64,000 nt of DNA from Octopus bimaculoides (Eukaryota): the NCBI RefSeq assembly GCF_001194135.2, contig NC_068987.1, forward strand, positions 55,915,067-55,979,066. Direction: 5' to 3'. Every line of letters begins with the position of its first letter. Positions within the stretch are counted from its first letter, which is position 1. This document shows, in pieces, positions 50,490 to 64,000 of the stretch. The position numbers and the translations under genes are program-made. The notes beneath the pieces are model-generated. The model made no database searches. It saw only the letters and a program-made list of their open reading frames with translations, and was not told the origin of the DNA.

Positions 50490-52254
50490 CTGATAGGTTA
50501 CACATACAAATATATATATATATACTCTTTTNNNNNNNNNNNNNNNNNNNNNNNNNNNNNNNNNNNNNNNNNNNNNNNNNNNNNNNNNNNNNNNNNNNNN
50601 NNNNNNNNNNNNNNNNNNNNNNNNNNNNNNNNNNNNNNNNNNNNNNNNNNNNNNNNNNNNNNNNNNNNNNNNNNNNNNNNNNNNNNNNNNNNNNNNNNNN
50701 NNNNNNNNNNNNNNNNNNNNNNNNNNNNNNNNNNNNNNNNNNNNNNNNNNNNNNNNNNNNNNNNNNNNNNNNNNNNNNNNNNNNNNNNNNNNNNNNNNNN
50801 NNNNNNNNNNNNNNNNNNNNNNNNNNNNNNNNNNNNNNNNNNNNNNNNNNNNNNNNNNNNNNNNNNNNNNNNNNNNNNNNNNNNNNNNNNNNNNNNNNNN
50901 NNNNNNNNNNNNNNNNNNNNNNNNNNNNNNNNNNNNNNNNNNNNNNNNNNNNNNNNNNNNNTTTGAACCCTAGATTATTGTAATGCCTGGTCTTGAATTT
51001 AGATGGAATGGATGCTACCTTTGTTATAATACAATGTTGACCAGTTCTGGAATTTGTATAAAACTCATTGCCAAACTTAGGTACTAGCCCTTCTAGGCTT
51101 TTCCATCTATATATTATTGTATATCTCTCACATCTTCACTCCAGGGAGTAAAGCTGTAGTTTACTCAGCCTATCCCTGTAGTTCATTCGCTGCACTGTTT
51201 CAACCTTTTTAGTGTAGTGGCTTTGAACTACTTCAAGCTCCGCTGTTAGTTTGGCACTTCCACAGGGTCAACATAGTTTCTTGGACCCAGTTGTCTACAC
51301 ATATCCGTGTACAGGACGGGAACATAAATAAAGCACAAAAACGGACTTTTTTTACGGACAACAGAATGAACACATAAGAATATATATATGCATACTTTGA
51401 TGTACTCCGAGCATACATATGTACTTTCAAAACCTCGATTCAGGTAGCTACTAATTTAATTTTACCTTTTAAGACAAAATTTTCCTCTATCACGGTCTTT
51501 GTTAGGTTTCTTCTTTGCAAATAAGCATTATCAGGAAACATGTTTAAGAATTTTGATATCTAACAATTAGAATAATGTAAACAATTTAAGAACTGAATAA
51601 AAGAATTATCACACTATCTTGCTTTTGCATGCTGATGATTTGTTTTGTCAGAATGAAGCCTACTTACATTTAGGATGTGCTAATGTCTCGCCATGATCCA
51701 TACACACACACACACACACACACACANNNNNNNNNNCACACACACACACACATATATATATATATGTATAAATGTGCATGTATGTATATATAGATATAGA
51801 ATAAAGATAGTATTACTAGAAACATACAAACACATATACATGCCTATATGTGGGCATATGTACGTACGTGACTGTTTGTTTGTACATGTGTGAGTGTGCA
51901 TCTGTGTATAAGAGTATAAGGTCGGTCGTGGGTTCATTTTCTGGACAAGAGCGGTGTGTTGTGACCGATAGCAAAGCACGTCACTTTACGATATTCTACT
52001 CAGTTGCAAGTGAGCGCCTGCATACTACTAGTGCCGCCTGTCCCGCTTCTCTTTCTTTCTTTCAGTCTCTCTCTCTTTCTCTCTTTTCTATCTATTTTTC
52101 CTGCGAGCTGAAACATCTTGGATGTTCCGCAGTGTCAAGAATGGAAGAGGCGAGAAATGTTAATATTTGCTCTACAATGCACAAACGCGTAACTATTGTC
52201 GAAAGCATTGCATTTCATACCAGGTCATGCTTCTCTCTTTTCTTTCTCTTTCCC

Positions 52255-52287
<33 letters not shown>

Positions 52288-52711
52288 NNNNNNNNNNNNN
52301 NNNNNNNNNNNNNNNNNNNNNNNNNNNNNNNNNNNNNNNNNNNNNNNNNNNNNNNNNNNNNNNNNNNNNNNNNNNNNNNNNNNNNNNNNNNNNNNNNNNN
52401 NNNNNNNNNNNNNNNNNNNNNNNNNNNNNNNNNNNNNNNNNNNNNNNNNNNNNNNNNNNNNNNNNNNNNNNNNNNNNNNNNNNNNNNNNNNNNNNNNNNN
52501 NNNNNNNNNNNNNNNNNNNNNNNNNNNNNNNNNNNNNNNNNNNNNNNNNNNNNNNNNNNNNNNNNNNNNNNNNNNNNNNNNNNNNNNNNNNNNNNNNNNN
52601 NNNNNNNNNNNNNNNNNNNNNNNNNNNNNNNNNNNNNNNNNNNNNNNNNNNNNNNNNNNNNNNNNNNNNNNNNNNNNNNNNNNNNNNGTGTGTGTGTGTG
52701 TGTGTGTGTGT

Positions 52712-52748
<37 letters not shown>

Positions 52749-52762
52749 CGCGTATGATCGTA

Positions 52763-53907
52763 CAGGGTGCATAAGGTATTTGAGGACATACCTTTTGGGG
52801 TCATTGCTGCATGCTTTGCTAATTCTGTATAATATTTGTTTCAGAAAGTACTAATGGCAGACCCTTAGCTTATTCAAGAAATGAAGCGGCATGCTGTTTT
52901 TGTGGCTATAAATGCTGAGCATAGCGATTTTAAAAGTATCTCGATTTTTAAAAGTTGTCAGATCTTTCTTCTACAATCCCAGAAAGTTCAGGCGATCAAT
53001 TGCAAAAGATCTCCATATGTCAGAAGGAACAGTTAGAAAGATTGTCCACGAAGACATCAGATACAAGTCTTGTATGATGAAGAGAGGTCAATTTGTCAGA
53101 AAAAGCAGAAGAATATCCACTACATCAGATGTAAAAGGTTCTTAAACAAACTGAAAAATCCAGCTGAAGATTTGATTTGGTTTTCCTCAAACGAGAAAAA
53201 CTTTGACCAAGATCAAAAAGTTAACAGTAGAAATGATAGATTGTTATGTGAAGACCCTTCTGAAGTTCCAAGTGTTATGCATACGAAATTTCTTGCAACT
53301 GTCATGATTTTAGGGGTTGTCAGCAATGAAGGACATGTGATGCCTCATTGCTTCTTTCCACAAGGCCTTAGAGTTAACTCTGCCGCCTACATTGAGGTCC
53401 TAGAAATAATTGTTAAGCCCTGGATAGACAATGTATGCAATGGAAAGTCATATGTGTTTCAGTAAGACTCTGCACTATCACACATGGCTCCAGTAACACA
53501 GGAATGGATGGCTGAAAATTTTCATAATCACATAACCCCTAACATTTGGCCTCCTAATTCTCCAGATCTCAATCCATTGGACGATTACATGTGAAGCGTG
53601 ATTGAGAGAGAGGTCAATGAATACGCCCATAACACCAAAAATTCTGTGAAAGGTGCTGTAGTCAGAGTAATGTCCAAAGTAAACCAGGACCACTTGATTT
53701 GAGCATGTAGATGATTTAGATCTTATATAGAAGCAGTTGTTGATGCTGAAGGTGGCTTTATTGAATAACATTTTATCCTCATGGCATTTTTTGATAAATT
53801 TTATCCTCGTAGCATCTTTTGATGAATAAAATTATTATTTGTCACTATATATCTGTTTTTTTTTTTTTATAAACATAAATCTGTCCTCATATATCTTACG
53901 CGCCCTG
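52763..53907 (+). mobile_element. Tc1/mariner DD37D (maT-like) element, 1145 bp, decayed transposase
   Basis: TIRs CAGGGTGCATAAGGTATTTGAGGACA / TGTCCTCATATATCTTACGCGCCCTG with flanking TA; WFSSNEKNF, VFQ*DSALSH...WPPNSPDLNPLD (37 residues between D2 and D3); stops. Confidence 0.9.
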
Positions 53908-54249
53908 TATATGTTTGTATGCAATAAAATATCCAGCAAGACATAAACTTACAACTTCCACAGTAATTTCATCTTGTGTCCCGACCTCAGCCAGCAATAT
54001 GCTAATCATTAAGTAGCTTAGACTTACGTTCAACCACAAATTGAGCAAGAGAATTATCATTGTGAGATGGGTCACGTTAAACCTCACTTGATGCTTGCTA
54101 TCTTTATGATTAGTTGATTTGTAGAAAGCCACATTTACGTAATTTGGTTGTATGCATAGCCAAACTTTTTTCTTCCGTAGTAATTAGAACCCTGTTAAAG
54201 ATAGTAACACCTTCAGGATTACGTTGCTGTACTTGATGTTTATAATCTT

Positions 54250-56700
54250 TAGGTATATTTTCACTGAATTTTAGCTACATGGCAGTTCAAATGTCGCTTG
54301 AAGAACTGTATAGAGGCTTCACAGTCTTGAGGGTAATTGTGAAGCAACTCCCTGTATCATTGTTGATTCCCACTACTCGTCATTTTCAGTCAAGGCTCAT
54401 TTGAAACATGATTCTCTGTGTTTAGCACAAAAGAAACCATCTCCTATTTGAAAATTGGCCTTATGGTATCGTCTAGAGTAGATATATTTCTGCTAGCTGC
54501 TATCTACATGTGGTCTCTTCGCAAAGCGTCATCAAATCTAATATATATGTAGTGGTCAATAGGGACACCGTTTCTTTTTGCCGTTTTTAACCATACCTAG
54601 TTTTTCCAGGTGTTATTTAAGATAGTTAGTAATAAAGTAGCGTTTGAGCACATACAACCACTCCGCAAATTAAAACACTTTTGTGCTCATAGTGTCACTT
54701 AACGCTTTAAATTGCTACATTATAATTTTCAAAAAAATATTAACACGTTTTGTCCGAGATCAAGCTGATCGCTGAGCTGCCGAGTGATTGGATATTTTTG
54801 GTGCATTTGAAAACAAAAGATTCTGTAGTAAAACTCATTCTACTAATGTGCCTGTCCATATCAGTAACAATTGATTGTTACAAAGTAAATGCAACAGCAT
54901 CAGAACTTTTCTGATAGTGGACGTACTTGCAAACATTGCGTTTGGACCTTATTGAGTTAGGAATTTATGCATTAATATGAACGTTTGATGCATTTGAATG
55001 CAGTGGACAGTATGAAACAATCTATTTATTGTCTATTTAATGCTTTTGCTACTGTCATATTAAAAGTGGTCTTAAACCTAACAGCTTATCTTCGTCTACT
55101 TAAAGTATATACACGTTGGCTAGATTGAATCTTTTGTAGGAACTGATAGAAGTTAATCCCTAGGACATTTGTTTTATTTCATGCAAAGGTTTTTCTGGGT
55201 TTAACAACACCACAAGTGAGTTTTGTTATGATCAGATAATTCCGCTAAAATCAATAATTATATTACGATAGAATTAAATTTCTCTTTTAATCACGCAAAA
55301 CTGTAAACAATTGGAAGTGTGTTGTGGCACAAAAACCTTGGACTACCAAAGGTCCACCATATATTTAAGTTTCTGTTGAAACACTCCTAAAATAAAGAAT
55401 AGTGATCTTTGGTAATCTGCTTTATGACAATTTTATCTTTAATCTCTTTCGATCTTTCGATACAAAAGCACAGGTGAAAGTTATGAGAAAGGTCAGGACA
55501 TCCAGAATGTCATACGTATGTCACTGCAACCTGAGTTCTTTCGTACATATATGGTAGACTCCCAGTGTAACAAGGTATTAGGTTTCATAACTATCCATGG
55601 TCTTCTCTTCTGTCATCATTCTTAATATCATCACTCAGGTGATCCGTTCTAATGGGATCAACTTTTAACTTTAAATTGGTGCGTTCTAACGCGATTTAGT
55701 GGAACTTGGGATGCCACCAATACAAGACGTATGACCTAATTATAGTTATACAACTAGACTCTTGATCATTAAGTCACTGTTGTGGGAGGTGCGTTGTATC
55801 CTTAGGAAAGGTATTTCACTTTGCTCCAATCCATTCAGTTAGTCAGAATAAGTATTGAAACTAACAAGACTGTTTGGTCAGTGTCAAGACAGCATGCAGA
55901 AATGCGAGTGATACAATCAAAAACATCCAGGTATGGAAGATGGTCACGACCAGCAAGGGAAAATTCTGTGATGCATCTGTATCTTTTTACCTTTACTTAA
56001 AAAAATATACCAACGGTAGTATATTGTTGAAATAAATCTTGATTATGTATTATATCGGACATATTGTGGAGTATTATACATAAAAATCCTTGCATGAAAC
56101 GGTTTTGTTTCATGTCACATAAGAAACGTCTAGGTCATATCCACTTTGCCCATTGATCCATGTGAGATATAATGAAAGACAACATAATTCTCGGAGACAA
56201 TGTCTTTCTTACTCTGTTCTTGTTCTGTATTAAGGCAAGCTCATTGCATTGTGGATTATTAAATCTTCGCCGATGTTCTCTAGCAAGACATTTGTCAGCA
56301 TTAATCGCTTTCCTCAAGTTTTGTGAAAGAGTTGTTTCAACGGTAAATTTAAATCACTGTACATAGATATACATAAGTGTTTCTAGAATACATAATTTCT
56401 TACAGTTTCAGTTAAATCAAACCTTAAACGTGATACTTCCACATCTCACTGAGTTGAACTGCAGGAAATTGTTTTTTGTTTTTATTTTTCGTTAGAAAAC
56501 GGGAACAAGGAACCTTTTGTGCTTGTTATCAACATCTTAAGTGATCTATGTAGTCTGCCAACATATTGAGACAGCAGATTCTCTTGGCTTCTTTTCACTC
56601 CTTTGAAGCTTAATGCATGATGCAATGTTTGCAATTGGAATCAATTGAGAGAATTTTGATAACTTCGCATCCAAAATTAGACGCTCTTTCTTAACTTGTA
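54250..56700 (-). mobile_element. Highly decayed Helitron RepHel remnant
   Basis: In order on minus: CKHC/HALSFKG (~56620), EHRRRFNNPQCNELAL (~56270), YTGSLPYMYERTQVAVTYV*HSGCPDL/LITFTC (Rep motif 1, ~55520), VFQQKLKYM (~55360), HRESCFK*ALTENDE*W...LPSRL*SLY (~54380). Confidence 0.75.
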
Positions 56701-57321
56701 TTGAAGAGAAACGTTCTGTTATTTCGCGAACATGCCTTATGATGAAGCTACTGAGACCAAGAGTCTTGCAAAGAATAGTTAATTTTAGATATTCAATATT
56801 TTCAGACAGTTGGTGCTTCTGTTCTGGTCTTCCTTGTATTCTGTTTCCTTCAAGCTTTTGTTGCCTACTTTCCAGTGTTCCTTAACGTCGTCCGTTCGTA
56901 TCGCGCACTCTGTTTACTTCAACGCGTTCCATCATATGATGCGTTAAGGCTTTGATGCATCTGATATGATATTTCTTGTTGCCGTTTGTTCACACACGCT
57001 AATCTGTTTTCTTCAAGGCTTAGCTATCTTTGTTCTGATTTATCTAGCTTGCGGCGTTCAGGCGACTTCTTGATGAAAACACTTTATCAAATTGTCATTT
57101 GACTGTCAGCTACATTAATGAGAAATCGAAATAGCGTAGAGAATATTTGAAAAAGCGAAGTAATATGATTTTCTAAATAGGCTGGACCGCTTTCAGCTTA
57201 GAAATTTGCATTTCAGAATAACTTGACACGTATGATAATTAAATGAAGCCTACAAGCAATTATACTTCTATGTTTGAGTTGGGACCCAAACATGCAACAA
57301 CCGAGCAATTCTACACAAACA

Positions 57322-57378
<57 letters not shown>

Positions 57379-57744
57379 GTATGTATGAATGCATGTATGT
57401 ACAAAGGCACACATGTACTCGCACACATACATACGACGTGCCTCATCTCTGTTTTAGCTTTGCTAAATTTCTTTCACAAGCTGACGCTTATCCGAGGCTC
57501 TTGTAGAAGATATTTGCCCAAGGTGCCATAAAGTGGAACTGAACCCAACACCATATACTTCCGAAATGTACTCCTTTACTATGCTNNNNNNNNNNACTTC
57601 CGAAATGTACTCCTTTACTATGCTGGCTCTTTACACACGCACGCACGCACGCACACACACACACACACGCACGCACGCACGCACGCACACGCGCGCGCGC
57701 ACATACATATAGACACATATATATATAAGACACATATACATGCG

Positions 57745-57787
<43 letters not shown>

Positions 57788-58063
57788 GTATAGGAATATA
57801 TGTATGCATGTATATATTATGTATGTGTTATTCATGTATTATGTATGTAGCGTAAACAGGATTCAAGGGAACGAGCGGTGCCCTGCGTTGACAAGAGTTG
57901 TATTCATTGGAAAATGCAATAACAATAATAAAGTACGGGAAATAAATAATAAAGAGATCAAAACATGGAAGTGCATGCGTAGACAGGAGGGAGTGAGAGA
58001 GAGAGAGAGAGAGAGAGATAGAAAGAGAGAGATAGAGAGAGAGAGAGACAGAGAGACAGAGAC

Positions 58064-58116
<53 letters not shown>

Positions 58117-58249
58117 AACGCCTTCGCTTTGCTAAGCTTGCATTAACTTTTAATTACTTCTTCTCAAGTGATTTTACAAACACATGAGCGGAGCCGCTAT
58201 GCTCGCTTTATCGGTTAAATTTATGTCCAGTTCACGGGATGCACCACAG

Positions 58250-58720
58250 TGCTATAAGATTCTTACATTGATGATTATTTCAGTGCTGCCACTCATCAGT
58301 TCGAAAGATTCATTTCTTTCCTTGACTCTTTTTACAGAGCATTAGGAGTTCATTTCTACGTATTGGACCGTACCATTAGCTTTCTTGACCTCTCCATCAC
58401 TGTTAATAATATCCACTTGTCCACCTCTGTCCACTACAGGCTCATTGACTTCTAACTTTACTATTCTTCTCTATGCACGCAAAATCTACTAAACTTTTCT
58501 TTAAATTCTTCTGCAGCAGCAATTTGGATTTCGAAACACAATGCAAAAGAAGGTAACATTTCTTCTTCGATCGGTTGTGGACGCTGAACCTCACCATGCT
58601 CAGACCATGGACCACACCACTGCTCTTCTACTTAGTCTCTGCAAATCTAAAGAACAGATCCCACTTTCGTCATTTTCCACCCTTCTAGCTTTCTGTTTTC
58701 CAAATGAAACTTATATTAGG
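58250..58720 (+). mobile_element. Decayed Penelope-like RT fragment (YIDD type)
   Basis: YIDDYFSAATHQFERFISFLDSF, SFLDLSITV, LSTSVHY, LCSSNLDFE. Confidence 0.65.
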
Positions 58721-59279
58721 GACATACACATCCTAATAGAAGACAAAGAGCGGTCAATAATATTGGTGTTACTAGCAAAGACGGAAAATAGTAAACTGAG
58801 GATCTAATGGAGGACAGAGACATCTGACACAGCATTGTAAGATGCATCTCTATTGCAACTGCAAGAAGAAGAAGAAGAAGAAGAAGAAGAAGAAGAAGAA
58901 GATGCTCCATAAACTGACAGCTGCCAGCCCCTTTATCATCTCACATCCTCTTTGTTAATGAGATGACAAAACAGATGCATTCAAATAATTCTTCTTTGTT
59001 CGTAAAGTTCATTGACAAGTACAGTATGTTGAAAATGATCTTAATTTTATTAAATATTGCGATTTGTCGGCTTTCATATCAAACCTCACAGGTACCACCG
59101 CAGGAAACACTGCAAAATATATATACATATAAATACACACACATACACACATACACATTATATATAAAGACGGTCCTTTGTATGTGTATGTGTATACACA
59201 CATATGCATATACTCATAAATACATATATATGCACACATATATATATATGTATATACATGTATAAATACATAAAGGTTA

Positions 59280-59870
59280 TACTTGAGGCGAGGAAGACCA
59301 TAATTCATTACCAAGGAAAATTTTAGACTAGAAAGAACACACCAGATTGCTTTGATATACCAATGGGTGTGCAAGATTCAGCCGAAGTCAAAGACTTAGT
59401 CGGAATTTATTTACTCCACCTACTCCATAAAAAACTCCCAGAATTTGAAGGTGGTCTCTATAGGGATGATGCTCTGTTTGTAGTCCGAAATGGCTCCAAC
59501 CGTAAAATCGAAATATCAGAAGAAATTGCATAAATTTTTCAAAAGCCATGGACTTACCATCACCATTGAGCAGGATCACACTTCTGTGAACTTCTTGGAT
59601 GCAAATTTTAACCTCACTACTTCAGCTTACTAGCCATACCATAAACCTAATAGCAATATTACTCATATATATGCGCAGTGCAGTCATCCTTCTAAAATTT
59701 TTGGTAACATACCTTATAACATTGAAAATAGAATTAACTCATCCTCAAATGAAGAAATTTTTAATAAGCATAAAGACTGTTACAATGTGGCTCTTAGAAA
59801 TGCTGGTTATAAATATCAAATTAAGTACAACAAATTTAACATTCTTATTTCAATTTACTTTATTTTATTA
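59280..59870 (+). mobile_element. Decayed Penelope-like RT fragment (GLYRDD type)
   Basis: FDIPMGVQDSAEVKDLVGIYLL, GLYRDDALF, VNFLDANFNL, PYHKPNSN, HP; runs into a gap. Confidence 0.8.
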
Positions 59871-60461
59871 AACCAATTTNNNNNNNNNNNNNNNNNNNNN
59901 NNNNNNNNNNNNNNNNNNNNNNNNNNNNNNNNNNNNNNNNNNNNNNNNNNNNNNNNNNNNNNNNNNNNNNNNNNNNNNNNNNNNNNNNNNNNNNNNNNNN
60001 NNNNNNNNNNNNNNNNNNNNNNNNNNNNNNNNNNNNNNNNNNNNNNNNNNNNNNNNNNNNNNNNNNNNNNNNNNNNNNNNNNNNNNNNNNNNNNNNNNNN
60101 NNNNNNNNNNNNNNNNNNNNNNNNNNNNNNNNNNNNNNNNNNNNNNNNNNNNNNNNNNNNNNNNNNNNNNTATATGCGTCATACTAATATATACTTTTGT
60201 TATTTACACCACCTGTCCTCGTCTGTTGTTATTATTTGTATATTCTCCCATATATATATATGTGTGTGTTTTTATATATGTATGTATTTATATATTATAT
60301 ATGTATGTATTTATATATGTGTATATATATACACATATATAAATACATACATATATAAAAACACACACATATATACGTTTATATATATATATGCTTTGTG
60401 TACATTCATGTGTCTAAATACGTGTGTGCGTGCGTGTGTGTGTGTGTGTGTATGTGTGTGT

Positions 60462-60530
<69 letters not shown>

Positions 60531-61914
60531 GTATATGTAGCCCATCTCCATCATTCAGACATTTCAAGGCAAAAACTCACAACTCACCAGTTCAACAACA
60601 TTTTTCTACAGAACTCTCGAGAACATATACTTAATTATTAAATCATTATTTGCCGTTGTCCTTCTGGCAGCTTGCCACTTTTCATATCTAACTAAATTCC
60701 TTAAAATATTCACTGCTCAAGAATAGCTGCCAGCTCCTCTAAAACATAAAACTGTATTTGACAGTTCGTTCTAAACATAGCACGTGTTATTTCTCTCGGG
60801 GCCACAAGAATATTTACATATTTATCACTAGTACATTCTTCCCGAATGTAGACATTTTTTAATACCTTTTTATGCACATTGTAGCGTGTCTCACCTCGGC
60901 GATGAAGTTTCAATTTTCATTTGTTTTATTTTCTTTGTATTTAAAATTATATATGACTGTTCTTTCTAAACTTAGCACGTTTTATATCCTTTGCGACTAT
61001 AAGAATATTTGTATATTCAATGCTTGTAACCTCTGAAAGGCAGTTGTCATTTCCAGCAGCGTTTTTTTCATTATTTTGCTTTTTTTTTCATGATAAGCGA
61101 TATTTAGAATTGAAATAACGAAGTGATCACCTTCCGGTCTTCTCAACCTAGGTTCAGTCCCACTACATGGTAAGTGTTATCTTCTATAGCCTCGAGCCGA
61201 CCAAACCTTTGTCAGTCAATTCGGTAGATGGAAACTAAGAGAAGTCTGTCGTATGTATATGTGTGTGTGTGTGTGTGTNNNNNNNNNNNNNNNNNNNNNN
61301 NNNNNNNNNNNNNNNNNNNNNNNNNNNNNNNNNNNNNNNNNNNNNNNNNNNNNNNNNNNNNNNNNNNNNNNNNNNNNNNNNNNNNNNNNNNNNNNNNNNN
61401 NNNNNNNNNNNNNNNNNNNNNNNNNNNNNNNNNNNNNNNNNNNNNNNNNNNNNNNNNNNNNNNNNNNNNNNNNNNNNNNNNNNNNNNNNNNNNNNNNNNN
61501 NNNNNNNNNNNNNNNNNNNNNNNNNNNNNNNNNNNNNNNNNNNNNNNNNNNNNNNNNNNNNNNNNNNNNNNNNNNNNNNNNNNNNNNNNNNNNNNNNNNN
61601 NNNNNNNNNNNNNNNNNNNNNNNNNNNNNNNNNNNNNNNNNNNNNNNNNNNNNNNNNNNNNNNNNNNNNNNNNNNNNNNNNNNNNNNNNNNNNNNNTATA
61701 TAAGCGTGGGATGGCTATTGCTATTGATTTTGCATCATCAGTATATCACGGATCTTATCATCCCCAAATAACTATTAAATAACAAATGTAGAAAATTTTA
61801 ATACATACTGGAGACAAGAGTTAAGTACATTCTTGTATCAGTATAACGAATACAATACTCACACACACATATGTGTATCTATCTATCTATCTATATATAT
61901 ATATATATATAAGC

Positions 61915-61990
61915 ATAAATTCTTTTATTCTTTTACTTGTTTCTGTCATTTGACTGCAGCTATGCTGGAGGAACGTCTTAAAGGAGTTTT
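61915..61990 (-). mobile_element. SINE family B fragment
   Basis: TTCTTTTACTTGTTTCTGTCATTTGACTGCAGCTATGCTGGAG. Confidence 0.55.
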
Positions 61991-62560
61991 AGTCAAATAC
62001 ACAAACACACACACACACATACACATATATTTATACAACAGTTACGGAATGTACCTTCTTGCAGCAATGTAAACTTGCATTTAATCAAGATATTCTTGGC
62101 CCGAGGTGTAGCCTGCGGTATACACCACGCCTGGATATTTACCACTTCTGAAGTTCCGCTCGCTATGAGATATATGTAGTCCGGATCTTATCTACTCCGT
62201 TCCATAACTGCTGTATTCTTATTCGCACACCCGGAAATCCTGGTCGCATACCGTGAGATATAAGAAGAACTGTTTTCAGTTTATCGTACTTCGATACGAA
62301 AGAAATCCACAATCTTTCACCTTAATAAACCACTATTTCCCTGAAAGTTGTTTCCTTTAGAATTACCACGAGCTGCTTGAAGCTAACTTTCGTCCTACAC
62401 CTCGATCCCTGGATCTTACATTCGAATATATGTCCTGGGGCCATAGTAGCAAACACTTTCTCAAGGTTCCCATGCAGTCGGATTGAACCTGGAACCGTGT
62501 GGTTGGGAAACGGATCGCTTAACATGTTTCCACACGAAAACGCCTGCGCCTATAAATATA

Positions 62561-63480
62561 TATCTACTACATATGTGGGAAATTCTGTCTGTGGGTGTGT
62601 TTTTAGAGTTGTTAGCTAACTCCTCCTACATCGTTTTATCGATTTTGATGAAACTTGGCAGGTGAGTAGAACTCATGTTCGCGAACCTAATGGCATACTC
62701 AGATTGTTGAAAAAAATCGATAATAAGGCCCGTGGAAGGGATCTTTATATACATCTAATATATTTTCTGTTAACAGCCAAGAGCAATAACCCATTCGCCC
62801 CTGTAAGGGATCCTTATATATAGCTAAGGGAAATAACCCATTCATTTTCTGAAATTATTCGGTATAAATAAAATTGAGTATGCTTATTTCTTAGTATTTG
62901 AACTGTTAGAGTTATTTTCGAAATTTGTCTAGTACAACCCTCAAACAAGTAAATAGTATTTTCCTAAACAATAGATCCACTTATTTCTGTTAGTTACTTA
63001 TTCATGAATATGCCAACACTAGCGCCCCTGAGGGTAATATTCTCTGGAAACGCACAAAAGCCCTTTTCAGAGTTATTTACTTTGAATTATTATTATCTCA
63101 TATCTGATTAATCTGTTATTATGTTACATGCTTCGGGATTTTAGTATACATACATTATTAGTATTTCCTCCTAAGTTCTATATACTCTGGAAACGGATTA
63201 AAGCCCTTTTAGCGGCTACTTTATTTGAATTCTTACTATCGGGTAACTAATTTCATGTTATTACACAACTAACTTCATAATTTGGGTATTCATAACTTAT
63301 TGGGAATTCCTCAAAACAAGATCCTGAGTAAGACAATTTGGTATTCTCTGTAAATGCACAAAAACCGTTTTAAGTGCTACATACTTTGTATTGTTGTTTT
63401 TGGATTAGCAAAACAATTATGAGAACGGAACCAAGGGATAAGCTCCGCTTTCCCGAGAAGTACCGGGTACGTCAGCTTGT
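62561..63480 (+). mobile_element. Putative non-autonomous Helitron/Helentron-associated (HINE-like) element with internal tandem repeats
   Basis: Starts TATCTACTACATAT; CTAACTCCTCCTACATCG...GATTTTGATGAAACTTGG resembles DINE/HINE 5' cores (from memory); ends with hairpin GTACCGGGTAC then CAGCTTGT; internal diverged repeats. Confidence 0.45.
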
Positions 63481-63569
63481 ATATATANNNNNNNNNNNNN
63501 NNNNNNNNNNNNNNNNNNNNNNNNNNNNNNNNNNNNNNNNNNNNNNNNNNNNNNNNNNNNNNNNNNNNN

Positions 63570-63606
<37 letters not shown>

Positions 63607-64000
63607 ATATAGACACTTGCCTCAGATATAGTGCAGTACAAATGATCCTAAAACAACACATTATGAAGTGATTTTCTTCACCACACAGCTATACTTTCCC
63701 CCCTTCTCCCTTCTCTGTCACAGACCAGTCAGCCTATAGTCGCTATTTTCCGAAAGAAATCCTCAGAAGTTATAACTTTTCACTGTTTCTCTCACTTTTG
63801 CCGGGTGTAAGCTGGTAATTGAAACCTGGTTGCCATCGTCACTCATCACAAGACATTATCTCGCTCTACAGTCCGACATTCCATTAGGGAATTTGATATG
63901 ACTCCACCTCTCGAATTACTAGCATTAGACGGGCAATATATTATCATCCCCATTGAAAAAAAACATGTTTATGAATAAATGTTTTAAGAACTGTTGAAAA

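Noticed and set aside
53950-54100. Minus-strand GTAAGT donors with an open frame (ILLAEVGTQDEITVEV)
   Set aside because: Lies between the Helitron remnant and the DD37D element; the implied intron is only ~26 nt and no chain support exists.
55474-55515. Plus-strand 42 nt micro-exon candidate (GESYEKGQDIQNVI) with CAG/GTATGT
   Set aside because: It is the antisense of Helitron Rep motif 1, so probably chance.
57567-57624. 29 bp direct repeat ACTTCCGAAATGTACTCCTTTACTATGCT either side of a 10-N gap
   Set aside because: Typical overlap of contig ends at a scaffold gap.
58270-58310. Minus-strand CTGATGAGTGGCAGCACTGAAA hammerhead-like string
   Set aside because: Core register is off by one, stems I and III are absent, and it is antisense to PLE RT coding sequence.

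Overview
Repeat-dominated, gap-rich eukaryotic DNA; the SINE families and microsatellite-flanked N gaps resemble an Octopus (cephalopod) short-read assembly (inference from recalled repeat families, not database-checked). There is no intact, recognisable protein-coding gene, and most ORFs in the track are microsatellite or N-run artefacts. Content: many tRNA-derived SINEs; decayed Tx1/L1-clade LINEs (7.3-9.7, 15.2-15.9, 40.2-41.3 kb); two R4/Dong-clade fragments with restriction-like endonuclease (RLE) sitting in microsatellites; four Penelope-like element (PLE) fragments, one followed by a minimal hammerhead ribozyme; a ~400 bp palindrome with a degenerate hammerhead motif in each arm; a mariner nested in another mariner; a DD37D Tc1/mariner element; a mariner MITE; a decayed Helitron; and a HINE-like element. 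Also seen: a 121 bp locally templated inverted insertion with a 17 bp direct repeat, a SINE sharing its 3' tail with the Tx1 LINEs, a candidate promoter/first exon at 14.7 kb, and low-confidence exon candidates on both strands.
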